A stretch of DNA of 64,000 nt from the human T2T-CHM13v2.0 reference genome, Homo sapiens. Of the stretch, positions 1 to 13,855 are shown one piece after another. Made by a program: the position numbers and the translations under genes. Below the pieces are notes generated by a model. It made no database searches, had not been told where the DNA came from, and saw nothing but the letters and a program-made list of their open reading frames with translations. The stretch's first letter is position 1. Every line of letters starts with the position of its first letter. The stretch lies in assembly GCF_009914755.1 (NCBI RefSeq), contig NC_060934.1; one strand, given 5' to 3'.

Positions 1-1
1 A

Positions 2-296
<295 letters not shown>

Positions 297-1140
297 TCTA
301 TATGTCTGTGTTTGTGTCAATACCTTGGTGTTTTGATTACTGTAGCTTTAAGTAGTAAGCCTTGAAATCAGGCAGTGCAATGCTACCAACTCCGCTTATC
401 TTTCAAAACCGTTTTGGCTATTTTGAATCCTTTGCATTTTCATATAAATTTTAGAATCTGCATGTGTATTTCCTCACAAAAAGCCCTGATAGTATTTTAC
501 TAGGAGTTTCATTGAGTATATAGATTAAGCTAGAGAAAAATCAACATTCAATACTGGACATTCCAATCTATGAACATAATACGTATCTGCATTTATTTAG
601 GTGTTTTATAATTTTAGTAACATTTTGTACTTTTCATTGTAGAAGTCTTATACATCTTTTTTGTAAGATATTTTCTAAAATATTTTGTGATTTTGGTGAC
701 TTTATACTTAGTATCACTTTAAATTTAATTTTATAATTGTTCATTGCCAGTGTATACAAATACATTTAATTTTTAATATTGCTTGTGTACCTTGTGATCT
801 CGCTAAATTCTAGTAGAAATCTAATTCTACTAGATTTTTATGAAGATTCCATAGGATTTTGTTTTTACATACTCACTGACGTCATCTGTAAATAGTGACA
901 AATTTGAAACTTCTTTTCCAATTTAGATGCCATTTGTTTCGTCTTCTTGCCTAAATGGGCTGGCAAGAACTTCTAGTTCACTGTTGAACACAAGCGGTGA
1001 GAGCAAACAGCCTTCCCCTGTTCCCGGGGAAAGGATTTATTGTTTCACCATTAAGTATGATGCTAACTGTGGCTTGTTTTTTAATGCCTTTTACCAAATT
1101 GAGGAAGCTCCCGTCTATTTCTAGTTAGGTGAATGTTAGC
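297..1140 (-). mobile_element. Old L1M ORF2 fragment
   Basis: antisense L1-like text (ttttgattactgtagcttt, ttttggctatttt, tttcaccattaagtatgatg). Confidence 0.75.
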
Positions 1141-4100
1141 ATTCTAATGATCTGTATCCTTATATATTTTATTCCATCTTCAAACATCTTCATGTACATT
1201 TTTAACAAAAGCTAAAAAGAAACAAACAAGTAAACAAAAACTGCTGCCAAAGCACTGAAGCTCCCCAAGTGATTCCAGAAGTCAGCTAAAGCTGAGGAAT
1301 ACTCTTAATGGTTCTGGTATTATTGAGTTCCTTGGGAAAGACATTTCTGAGTTGGCCTTTTCAGAGCTGTTGCCCACCTACACATGGTATTGTGTATTTC
1401 AGAGTGGAATTCCTCAATATTTGTTGCAGAAAACAAGCCCTGTCCCAATCCAGGCTTCTTTTCAAAGACCAACTTGTTAAAAATGAGTGAAGGGTAGGTA
1501 CAGGCGGAGAGCAGCCTTCAGAATGTCTTGTGAATTCTCTAAGTTTGTTTGGAGCTGAAGTAGGAATGAGCCATCATCCCACTTGTCTTTACTGGACAGA
1601 TCGTGATGCTTAATGTGGAATGCATGTGCCCGTGGATTGACGAGAAAGCTGGTGTCAATGCCAGTCTTCTTCCATGTGATAATCTTTGTTGTCTGCATCA
1701 TCCTTTGAGCTTGACCATCTACTGGATGCAATTGCAAGGGCAATTCAGATAACCCGTTAGTTCACTGACTTGCCGAATATCAACTGAAAAAACCTGATTC
1801 TTTCACTAGGACACAGCATCAGAAACTCTTTTATCTAGTGATCTGTCAATTGCAAGCAAGTATGATTGTGCCATAAAGATCTATTTTGTTGCTGATTGCT
1901 CAGAGCCAAAGATAATTATTTTATTTTTCACACTTTTGGATTGCACTCTTGTAGGAAGGTGTGGATTACACTGCTGTATCTCTGTTTGCTGTTTTGTAAT
2001 GTTTTCCCCCGTAAATCTCTAGAGTTTGGTTCTCTTGCCTCTCCCTTGTCTCCTCTCTTGTTAAGGGGAGGGAGGACACTGGGTTCTGTCCTGAAATCCA
2101 GGCCACTAAGGGATATATCCCTGAACTTGGACGTTCTCTTCTGGATCCCTCATCTCCGGTAAGGCACTGGCATCTGATTCCATGTGAATAAGGCTGAGGT
2201 TCTCCTTGCCATTCCTGTCAGAAAGATCAAGTCCTATCTATCCAGTCACCCTTTTCTTACCTTCCACCAGGCTCAACCATTCACACTAAACCTCTCACAT
2301 AGCTTCACTCTGTCCATAAGTCCAAAACATGTATATCTCTCTTATAGTCCAGAAAGGAGCTTGTAATCGATATAAATTATATAGACATAATTACAGACAC
2401 AAATCTACAATTTCTTGACGCTGAGACAGACTCAAGGGCTTCCTTTGGGGGTCGCATTTTTTGTAGATGACATTGTCCTTTAAGGATAAGTGTTTGCTTT
2501 CTCAGCACTGATTTCTTAATGTAAAGCAGAAGAAAGTGTGGTTTGTGTTTTTAATGTTCTGGCACGAATTCAGAACTCAGTACCTGCTTGATATTCTGGA
2601 AGGCATCTCTGTGATGGTGAATTTAAAATCATGGAACAAATTTTTTCTAGTGAGCTATAAAGTACTTCTGCAGTAGTTCATATTTATTGAACAAAAATGT
2701 GGTAAAAACTGAGTAGCTTGTAAGCAGTAAATATGGGTGCTTAGGTTCTTATTTGATGGGTCACTGGTGGCCTCTCAACATGTTCCTGCAGTTTTAGGTT
2801 TGGAACCTTTTTGAAGGGAGTTGGTGTAGCCCACTGGGGTTGCCCCACTAGTGTGAGGCTTCATTTGTTTATTACTTTGGTTGGTTTTCAGTTTTTTTCT
2901 CCTTATAATTAGACATACACTTTTTAGCTTTCAAGTAAACTGTGTAACGTCTGAATCCAGATAAAATTAGACTGGCTTCTATGTATAAACTCCTAGTGTC
3001 TCAGATTATATTTTAGAAAATTTATTGACAACTTGTTTATTGAACTTGCATTATTACCAGTTTATTGGATCCGGATTCTTAATAGTATGAGTCACTTCTT
3101 TCCCAAGACACTTTTCTAAGCTGTCCCCCTGCCTAGGTTGCTGTTGTTCTCTACAGCATTTCTAACAATATCAGCTATGGTGTTGATCATTGCAATGGAC
3201 CACGTGAGGAAGTGTTCACTGTTGACTAACTCTCAAGAACCGTAGTATTCCTAGCTCAGGCATGACCATTTCTGAGGACTACTGCAATGTCCTCCTACCC
3301 TGAAGCTATTCTTTGTCTAGACCCCTTGAGTAAGATAATTTTATAGTCAAGATCACATGAATATTCACATCCAGTCAGGAACATTATAATATTGCTGAGT
3401 CTTCACCCTAATGGCAGGTTCATTTAAAGTAGCAGTTCCTGAGAAAATGTACACATTGTACACTTATTTATAGATAAAACTTTAGATACCACACAGCCAG
3501 AGCCAGATTTGGCTCATCTCCTTGTATTCTCATGCATACATTTTCTGCATTCTGCTGACTGTGGGCAACAGCTTTCTGCCAGTGTAACATGGACAAAATT
3601 AGTATGAGAATTCTCTTTGTTATTGTGATGTGTTAGTTATTGTGTGGTTTCGCTGGCTGGGGATATTAGTTGGGATGAGTTCAGTCAGATTTTATTGGTA
3701 ATTTCATATCAGACTTTGCCCTGAGTCATCTAAGAAATGGAAAAAAATGAAATGCTGAAGGAGATACACAGGTCTTTAACATAGGCAACACAGCTCTTGG
3801 TTCCATTTTTGAAGGAACATGCTCTCAGCAATGTCTGATATTATGGCTGTGATAATCAGTGGTGCTACTCTCAGTGAAATAATGATGATGGAAGGTCTTA
3901 CTTATTAAAATACATGAGTGGGTTCCATAAACTGCTCAGGGACCACCATTTCTTTTGCACAAAGGAAAGTCATCAAGGAAATCCTGGGGCATATACTGAT
4001 CAACATCAAACTCATCAGTGTGTCCCAAAGTGCTCATTTTAAACCAAAGGATCTATGTGAGTACCAGGATGAAGGTCAGGAGTACTGAAAATGAGTTTAT

Positions 4101-6170
4101 CTGCCCTTTCTGGCCCAGTTTTCTTCTCAATACAATCCCACTCTCGGCTCTGGAAAACAGATGGAAGATAAGCCTATACTTCCATGTAGCCCTTCACTGG
4201 AGAGAAAACAATTCTAACCCTAACTTGTTCCAAAATATTGAATATCCATATATACAACACAGGAATTCAAAAGGAACAAAATTTCCCAACATTAATCAAA
4301 ATGGTCCTTGGCATGCAAAATTTTTTTTAGTTTCTAATCTCATGGTATTTCTTTCATCCTATCCTGTAGTCAGTCATACATACCCAACATTTGAGATCTC
4401 AGTAGACGGATGAAAATTTTAGGGTGATTTTTACTATGTATTTAAAATAATTAGTAACAATGCTTCCTCTTATTTTTTCCTTAGGGGTTACACTGCAGTC
4501 ATAGCTGATGAGATGGTGTCTTTATTTCCCTTCTTAGGGTATTTCTGGCCATTTCTACAAATAGAATCCTAACCATTGGCCTTTCATCATTCATCAATTC
4601 CTTCGACACTCTTACTGAGCTCCGCCTCCTCATTCTCATGCACTGTGCTAGGTGCTGGAGGTAACAGGATGAGCAAAACAAGGCCCTGCCCTTGAAGAAC
4701 TCACAGTGTAATAGGGGAGTTAGCCTTGTGCACAACCTTGTTTTCTACTACTTAGGAGCCAACAACTGAGAGGTGACCAGAACACATTATTATTTTTTTA
4801 AATAAGTGGAGGAAAATCATTTTCTTTTACAGTAATAGAGTTGAGGAAAGACTGTTCCATTTTAGGTCCACACTTGATTTTGAAGAGTCAGAAGAAGACA
4901 ATTGGGGAAAGTTATTACAGTTCTGTATTTTTAAAATAATGGAATATATTTTCATCATGTATTTCTTAAATGATGGAATCACTTTTGCTTAGCCTTTGGT
5001 ATTTCATGTTTTATTTATACATTTTATAAATGGCCATAAATGCAAAAGCGGAGAGAACAACTGAATAGTATGGGCTATAAACCCAAACTTTTCATTTTTG
5101 AGGATTTGAAACATAATGTAAACATTTGAATCAATTTAAATTCTAACCACGTTCATATATAATTCTTTTTTTAAAATAAAAACATATATGTGTAGATTCT
5201 TAGATTTGTATAGACAGAACAGAAGTTAAGGTAGGGCAAGAGAAGCCCAAAGATTATATGATACAATATTCCTTTTCAAGAAAAATAAAACAGAAAAATA
5301 CTTGGCAACAGTAGCTAAGCAACATATTACAGAGCACATTGATTTTGAGAAAAAAAGACCTGTTCATTGTTGTATGAAAGACTAAAACATTTTAGAATAC
5401 TATTATTTAAGATTAGTGTGTTATATATTGATGATACATCACTGTTTTATTCATTCGGTACTTATTTTACCTAAAAGTCTAAGTTTATCTTCGAAGTTAA
5501 TGAAAGGGGAAAAGATCCTATTAGAATAAAAGATCATTTTAAAAGATGTTCAGAAATCAGAAATACCACTGTTTCTCTAGAGCAGAACATACTAAAAGTG
5601 TAAATTTTCATATTTTCTAGCTTAGATTGACTAAGTCCCTTTGTCTTTACACAATGAACATTTAGATGTCATCACTTTTCATTTTCACACATTAATTGTT
5701 TAAAATTAGTTCACTATAAGGCTATCAATTAAGACAATATATAGTATAAACATCATCCTGGTTTTAGTTGCTTTTTTTTCCCTAGAAATCCTTTAAGCTA
5801 GTTTATTTTTAAGATGAGAAATTCCATTGCAGTGATTACTCTTCTAAAACACATTTGGTCTATTTTGTTAAGTAGACTAATGTCTTCCACACATTGATCA
5901 TTCTACAAACTACTAAAAGCTTTATTAATCATGTGTTAAATTTGTTAAGGAATTTTAAAAGCTTATGTACCCTACATATTCACTATTCCATGTGATACTT
6001 CAAAAAATGTGAAATTGGTTTGATAGGTACTATTTTCTCCATTTTATGTGTGAAAAAAAAAATGAGCAGTTCAACGAGTTGCCTGAGACTACCCACTGGG
6101 GATGTCAATAATAGAACTGGGAGAGTTGGTCACCCAACCGGTAGAGTAGAACCCTCTGTGCTTCTGAATA

Positions 6171-6436
6171 CAGTAGCCACCCCCTTATCTGCAAGGATAT
6201 ATTCTAAGACCCCCAGTGGATGCCCAAAACTTGGATAGTACTGAACTTTATACATACTATGATTTTTCCTATACCAGTACACCTATGATAGTTTAATCCA
6301 TAAATCAGGAATAGTACTCTTGTGATGTGGGATCATTATTAAGTACGCTAAAGGTTACTTAAACACAAGTGCTGTAATACCATGACAGTGGACCTGATCA
6401 TCTAGATGGCTATTACACGACTAATGGGCAGGCAGC
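6171..6436 (+). mobile_element. MER44/Tigger7-family DNA transposon fragment
   Basis: TA-cagtag..ccccttatc terminus and gacccccagtggatgcc. Confidence 0.65.
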
Positions 6437-7084
6437 CTAAGCCAAAAAGAAAATATATTGGTTTATGTAATGAGGAAGATCAAGGAAAATTCTGGCTTTA
6501 GAAATGTCTGGATTGTGCAGTTTGAATGTTATTATGACCTTTTTCTCTGGTTTTTGGCTTTGCTCTCTTCCTCCATGTTGGCACCATTTTAAGGTAAATT
6601 TTTCCGTGTGTCGGCGAAAATGACTATAAACAATTCTAGACTTCATTGTACTTTCAGGTAGTGAGTCTTAAGAGAAGAGAGTATCCTTCAAGTGTTTAAA
6701 CAAAAACCTGAGGAGGTTCTGACTGGCCTGACCTGGGTCATGTGCGCATCCAGAAGTCCCACATCTGTGGCAAGGCAGCATCCACAGAACATCATCTCTA
6801 TGATAGTGGATGCAGGGTTATGCCAGCGACATGTCTACCAGTAGGGAGAGCCTGTTGGGATAATAAAAATAAGAAATTCATATTATGCCATCTATAAAAA
6901 TTTTTGCAAATATTTGAAGTGTTGGACAATATATAGTATTCCATTCAAAGTGATTGGCATAATTTTAGAAAAGTAAAATTCTATGAAATTATGGAAAATT
7001 TTAATACAGAGAGTGCATACTGCCTGCCTAATAAGGCTAATCTAACTTGCTGACCTGTTCTATCTGTCCTATTGATCTGTAGTG

Positions 7085-7407
7085 TTTTCTGTTTGTTTTC
7101 TTTTGTTTTTGTTTTTTGACGAAGTTTTGCTCTTTCTGGAGCAAAACTTCCAGGCTGGAGTGCAATGGTGCCATCTTGGCTCACTGCAACCTCTGCCTCC
7201 CGGGTTGAAGTGATTCTCCTGCCTCAGCCTCCCAAGCAGCTGGGATTACAGGCACGCACCACCATGCCTGGCTAATTTTGTATTTTTAGTAGAGATGGGG
7301 TTTCACCATGTTGGCCAGGTTGGTCTCCAACTTCTGACCTCAGGTGATCTGCCTGCCTTGGCCTTTCAAAGTGTTGAAATTACAGGTGTGGGCCACTGTG
7401 CTCGGCC
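7085..7407 (-). mobile_element. AluS with internal fold-back insertion
   Basis: antisense Alu body with degenerate T-tail. Confidence 0.93.
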
Positions 7408-7679
7408 TGTTGCTTTTTTTAATTGAACTATATTTTAGCTTCTTTTAAAAACAAATCAATCTTGACAATACTGAAACTACATTCTTGCGTGGAAACTATC
7501 AGCCATCTCTTTTATGTGGAGCAGCAGCAGCTGTTCCCTTCGATGGTTCATTTGCTCTCTCGTTAGCCACAAGCACCGTCACTCCCTATTGTCTCTAATG
7601 CTGAGGCTGATTTCACTTGCCCCTTGCACTTGTTTCTCCTAGAATAGAGAATTGCTGCCGTATACTCATATCTCTACTG

Positions 7680-8800
7680 GATGCGGAAAAAAGAAGCTTA
7701 ATTCAGGCACAGTGGAAAAGAGCATCTTTCTTTGACGAAATAAAGAATATTCCTCCATGTGTAATATGCAAATAAAAGATGACTATATTGAAAGAACCAC
7801 AGTTTAAGAGGCCAGTATGAATTAAATCATAATAATATGTCTAGGATATGGAGAAAATGAGGGAATGAAGAACTTAGACTGCAAAAAGGACTGAAATTTC
7901 AGCAAGCAATTGTTTTTAACTATGAATGAAATATCTGATGCTAATATAAATTAGGTTCTATATTAACTGAAAAAAATCCCCAGATATCAAAAGCTTTTAC
8001 ACATAACAAGTTTATGAAAGAGCATCATAGAATACAGCAGAAATTGTGTGTCTTTCACTGAGATAAGCATTTGTAAACTTCAGTTTACTGGAAATACTGT
8101 TGACAAGTATATTGAAGTTACTTCTGAATACTTACAGACAAGTCATATGAAGACAATTAAATTGGTTGCAGCATTTCTATTGCAGATGATGAAAGCACAT
8201 ATATAAATAATATCACCTAGTTAGCAATATGTAATCGGTGACATTGATCAGAATTTTTGTGTCAGAAGGTGAGAGGCCCTAACTGGAACTCAGCAAATGA
8301 CTTATCTTTGTTGCTAGAAACGTTTTGCAAAATGCATCATCAATTGGTCAAAACCAGTCACTGTGACTCACCTCCTGCAATGAATAGTGTTAATGTGAAA
8401 ACCTAAATTCAAGAAGGCTACATTATCCAAGAGACATAGAATTTAGATCTCCTAATTATGTCATTTTGCAGGAAGTGCCTTGTGCCAAAGAATTTAAAAG
8501 GTAATATAGTATGAATGTGTGGTAATTGACAATGTGAACAGAATAAAATCCCATGGCTGAAATCCAGATACTCCAGGGCTTCTTTTTATGAATTACATGT
8601 ATGGTTGCCTGTGGTAGTACATGAACTTCTGTGGCTGAATGCTGTGAGATATTTCTGGACACTTTTATATCATTCAAGAGAAAATCCCTAAGCAATCCCT
8701 GACAATGAAAAGTGAATCAAAGTATTTAATTATTTTGGCTGATATTAGAACCTATAGACTTTCAATATTTCCCTGCAAAGGCATTCACAAACAGATGATG
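7680..8800 (+). mobile_element. Decayed hAT/Charlie (Charlie8/GTF2IRD2-like) transposase remnant
   Basis: IQAQWKRASFFDEIKNIPPCVICK* from 7701 and SIADDESTYINNIT*LAI from 8176. Confidence 0.7.
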
Positions 8801-8805
8801 CCTTT

Positions 8806-9151
8806 TGATATGGTTTGGCTGTGTCCCCATCCAAATCTCATCTTGAATTTTAAGCCCCATAATCCCCATGTGTCATGGGAGGGACCCAGTGTGAGGCAAT
8901 CGGATCATGAGGGTGGTTTCCCCCATGCTGGTCTCATGATAGTGACTGAGTTCTCAGGAGATCTGATGGTTTTACAAGCATCTGGCATTTCCCCTGCTGG
9001 CACTCATTCTCTTTCCTGCTGCCCTGTGAAGAGGTGCCTTTTACCCTGATCATAAGTTTCCTGAGGCTTCCCCAGCCATTTGGAACTGTGAGTCAATTAA
9101 AACTCTTTTCTTTATAAATTACCTAGTCTCGGGTGAGAACAGACTAATACA
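8806..9151 (+). mobile_element. THE1/MST (MaLR) solo LTR
   Basis: TGATATGGTTTGGCTGTGTCCCC...GACTAATACA, 5-bp TSD ccttt/cctta. Confidence 0.92.
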
Positions 9152-9774
9152 CCTTATAGAAACTAATTTGGCAAGAAATAACTTGGCCCAGTAGCCTATA
9201 CTACAATCATTTTCCTCAAATGAGAGTCATAGCCTGAACTACATTACCAAAACTGTAGAGATTAAAACAAAATTCCAAAAGGTTTCTCTGACTTCCAGCT
9301 TTATGAAAATACATTAACACTGCTTAAGTTTACCTTTCTAGTTTATTATTGATACTATGAACAAAGGGGCTACAAATTGAAGTTTTTAAATGCAAAGCAA
9401 TGAATAACTAAAAACTAAATACATTGCTGTTGAAATTCCAGAGCTGAACATATATCTCTAGATAATGATGATTGTACAAACAGAGCCTATACATGTTAAA
9501 TAGCATCAATGTTAGTCTACTCTGTTTTTGCACATGAAACTAGGCCAATCAAATTATTGTTCCAAGCTGAATAATTTGTGGTTTAGGTTTCATGGCCTGA
9601 CAGTGATGTCTAATGATAGATTACAATGGCAAGGAGTAACATATTGTGAAAGAAAACTTCAATAATGAAATACTTCTATTTTTTCAATATTGTTTTTACT
9701 TTAAAATGTCAAATATCTCTCTGTCATATGTTTGTGTTATGTTACATGCTTTTATCATTATTCAAAAAACATAC

Positions 9775-10025
9775 AGTATTTTTAAAAATTTCAATAGCTT
9801 TTGGGGTACAAGTGGTTATGAGTTGTATGAATTATATCGTGGTGTATTCTGAGATTTTAGTGCACCTGTCACCTGAGTCGTGTATGTTGTACCCAATATA
9901 TAGTACTTTTATCCCACACTCCCTTCCTACCCTCCCACTTCTGAGTCTCCAAAGTCCATTATATCACTCTGTATGTCTTTGCATATTCATAGCTTAGCTG
10001 CCACTTATAAATGAGAACATACAGA
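9775..10025 (-). mobile_element. L1 (L1MA/PB-type) 3' end fragment
   Basis: ttttggggtacaagtgg...cccacttct...gagaacatac. Confidence 0.75.
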
Positions 10026-12722
10026 TCATAAAGTAATTTTGGTTGTTTTCTGGCACTTAACTAAACTGACATCTAATCTGCCTCACTGATTTATGTGATT
10101 GGCTGGCTTCTGTAGGCATTTGAATGAGTGACCTCTGCCTTGACCTAAGCCTCTATATGGTGCTCTGTCATCCTTTGATGAAAGACTATATTAAACAGAA
10201 CAATCTATATGATTTTTATAAATAGAGAGTCCAAAGAGTAAGAATTTGTCAGAGTGTCTCCAGCACTGTCTAGAGGAAAAATGTATGCAGACCAAGGGCC
10301 TCAAGGATATTGTTACTGTGGAGAGAGATGCATTATCTTTTCCTAGACTGATAACAGTGACTATAAATGTCATTTAACTAGCTGTCCTTGATCAGAAGAG
10401 ACACTCACCAAGCAACAGGAACATTCCTGATCTGGCCTTAGGAGAGACCGTAATTACCAGGCACCAGAGTATCTTGTCTCTTCAGAAGTGAATCTTTTCC
10501 TTATACATTGTCACATTTTCTTTCTGCCTTATGTAGCAGCTTCTTGTCAGTTTGGGTAACTAAATAAGTCACTAGAGACTTATCACTCTTGGGCATCCTG
10601 ACAAAGTATCTTGACCTCTAAACAATGGACCAGATCTTGCTACTTGTTTATATTTATATTTATAACTCAGTGTTCTAAAAACAGTTAGACCATACCCACT
10701 ACTGTTCAGCTGAAATGATGTATGAGTATTTGGGAATAATAGTGAGAGGCTCCCTTACTACAATAATTTAGAAATAAAATTACTATTACTTTTACTTTGA
10801 AAGTAAAAGAAAATATTTCTTATGTGAATAAAATAAGTTAACTTAAGCAATGGTGAATACATTTGGAGAAATTTTGGGACTCTTCAAAGTGCTCATCAAA
10901 GTTGCTAGTAGGTAATTCAAAGAAAAGATAGTTTCTACTGATACATTTTTTAAATTTATTTTAATCTAATCTAGTGGCATTCCATCTTGAAAAATTTACC
11001 CAGTAGGCTAGCTGAATATTTAATGGACGTCTACATGAGAGTAGATTAGGCCAAGCCTAGAGTGCTCATGCTTTCAACCTCGGCCTGTGGCTGCTAGCGC
11101 TTTGCTAGGTAAGGCAAAGACAAGGTGGTTAATGGCCCCGATAGGCTTTTTCACAATAAATTAATTAATGTGGGTTTACATTCTTCTCAGAGGCGAATAG
11201 GCATTCTCTGACATGCACCCATTAATGTAAGTTATGAGACAAAGTATTTTAATTATATATCATGCCACGTAAGGCTTTATAACTTGTACCAACTCCGTCA
11301 ATATTGAAGTCAATAAAAGTTGAGTGACTGCGAAATAAGATTCTGAACAATTAATCTTAAGGCTAAAATAGTATGAAAAGTGAATAGAAATTATAGATGT
11401 ATGTAAGTTTATTATATTAGTCCAATAATTAAAATTTCCTTTAAAAAAGTCCATCATGACTATATTGAAAAAAGTTTGTGTCTGCCCTTTAGAAATAATT
11501 TTAAATATACTCTGTTGGCTTTTTCTAACTCATTGAATCCTCAGACATGTTTTAAGCAAATTAATTAAGAGTGTTTGTTCTAAGAACTACTGTTGGGAAA
11601 TGATAGTATATAATAGAGATACATTTCTGCAAGAGAAAACAAACATTAAACTGAGATGTCAATGAATGAGAAAATCAGACAGTCCTTTTTAAAAATCCTT
11701 ACTGTAGTGATAGTCTTAATAAAACCACAAAGCATTTGTTGGAAAGAACTGAATCTTGAAGGTCATGTAGTTTAACTTTCTACCCGATGAATAAATCTCT
11801 CTTACGTCATCCCAAATAGTCATATAGCCTCTCCTTGAACATTGCCTATGACATTGGATTTATTACCTTTCTACTTGGTTCATAAATTTTACCTTCTATC
11901 CAGCTTTAGAGTTCTTTATTTACTAATATATGCCATACAACTTCTACTAGACTGTAGTCTCCCTGAGGGAGGAATCTATATTTAAATCCCTAAAGCCCTG
12001 TTTACAACCAGTGATGTCCCTATGATAATATTACTGAAATAATAAGTTCTAGTTTGGGAACATTCTTCCTATTAGAAGATTTCTTTTTAAATTGAGCCCT
12101 TTATCTTCTATCAACTGATCCAATTCCATTCTTAGGAGTCTCTCAGCCCAAGGGTGGGACTTCCTCCTTTAAGGTGAAGCTTACAATCTTTGGCTCCTTG
12201 TTATTGCTTTCATTATCCCTTTCACAATGTGGGAAAGAGCTGATCTGTTTCTGTCATTTCAAAATAACTGGTATTCATGACACAGCAAGGTCTCAGATTT
12301 TACTGGACAAAACTCATCCCTTTACTCATCAAGACACACTGATTCTTTAGTTAATTTAGTTGCAATTCAAGTCAGTCTCTATTCCTAAAATTGCCTAAGG
12401 ATATCCTACTCCAAGAGAGAAGCTTCTTTCTGGGTGGTTCCAAGAGTCGCCACCTGATTATGATGAACACTGAGACAGCACAGGTCACAGGAAATAATCC
12501 CATTTTCAGGTAGTTTTGTGGTTATGTCATCAGCCTCATTGTGAGGTAGGAAGCCAAAATGGCCAATTTCTTTTTCTCAGAAAAGTTTACTCGAATATCT
12601 ATGAAAGATATCCTTAAAATTTAAAGCATAGACTGTTTTACAACCACAAAAGACTATATACCACCAATTTCGACTTCCTCACTTTGTAGACAAGGGAGTC
12701 AAAACTCAGAGTGTTTGTCCTA

Positions 12723-13124
12723 AGCCAGGCATGGTGGCATGTGCCTGTAGTCTCAGCTACTCAGGAGGCTGAGGCGGGAGGACCTGTGAACAATGTCTGT
12801 GATGCCTCATTGAGAAGAGAGAAGCCTGGGCCAGCAATGATGTTTCAGGCAAAAGAGGAAGTTCTGAGTGTGGACGTTGACAGTGAGTCTGACAGGAGGG
12901 AATGAATGAGGGAGACGCCATTGAGGAAGCATCAACAGGGCCTGGCTCACTCATAGAACGAGGGTGGCAGGGACCTTAAGGGTATCAAAAATGATGGGAA
13001 TGTTTCCAGCTCATGACTCAAATAATAGCAGTTCTAATAACAGGAACAGGGAAGGCATGAAGAAGAGCTCTTTGGAGTTCAGGGGTTCAGGTCCAGACTG
13101 GGCAACATAGTGAGACTCTGTCTG
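12723..13124 (+). mobile_element. FLAM-type Alu monomer split by a 296-bp insertion
   Basis: 5' part 12723-12782, 3' part 13074-13124 (ggagttc...ctgggcaacatagtgagactctgtct). Confidence 0.85.
12782..13077 (+). repeat. Dispersed duplication of 15996-16292
   Basis: about 296 bp, about 20 differences by manual alignment. Confidence 0.95.
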
Positions 13125-13475
13125 TTAAAGATAAACTTTAAAAAATAGTGTATTGTCCTAGATCATGGGAGTACTGGAAGTATCAGAAGTGGAGACCAAG
13201 ACCCCTTATTTCTCTTTATCTCTATTTCCAAAGAGCTCTTTTCTCACGCCACTCTCCTCAGATGTCAAATTGGATTGTGTTTTCTGTGTCATGTCCTGTC
13301 ATGTAAAATTTAAATATTAAAATCTGCCAGAGGGAAATAAGTGCTTTTAAAGGTATTTTGTGATTTATCACGTAAAGAACTTAAGGATATGTGTTAAATA
13401 AACCTGAAATAACATGTCATTCTATTTCAGCCCTCTCTCATGAAAAGAGAAAACCTAGTTGTCTTCGAATTATCC

Positions 13476-13855
13476 TGTATTAGTCCATTCCCACACTGCT
13501 ATAAGGAACTACCTGAGACTGGGTAATTAATGAAGAAACCAGGTTTATTGACTTACAGTTCCACAGGCTGTAAGCATGGCTGGGGAGGCCTCAGGAAACT
13601 TAAAATCATGTCAGGAGGACAAAGTGGAAACAAGCACATACATCTTCACATGCAACAAGAGAGAGAAAGCAAAGGCGGAAGTTCTACACACTTTAGACAG
13701 CTAGATCTTGTGAGAACTCACTCACTCACTATCAGAGTGAGCAGGGGGAAATCGGTCCCCATGATCCAATCACCTCCCACCAGGTCCCTCCTCCAACACT
13801 GAGGATCATAATTTAACATGAGATTTGAATGGGGACACACAGCTAAAGCATATCA
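13476..13855 (-). mobile_element. MSTA/THE1 solo LTR
   Basis: tgtattagtccatt...catatca, TSD tatcc/taccc. Confidence 0.9.
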
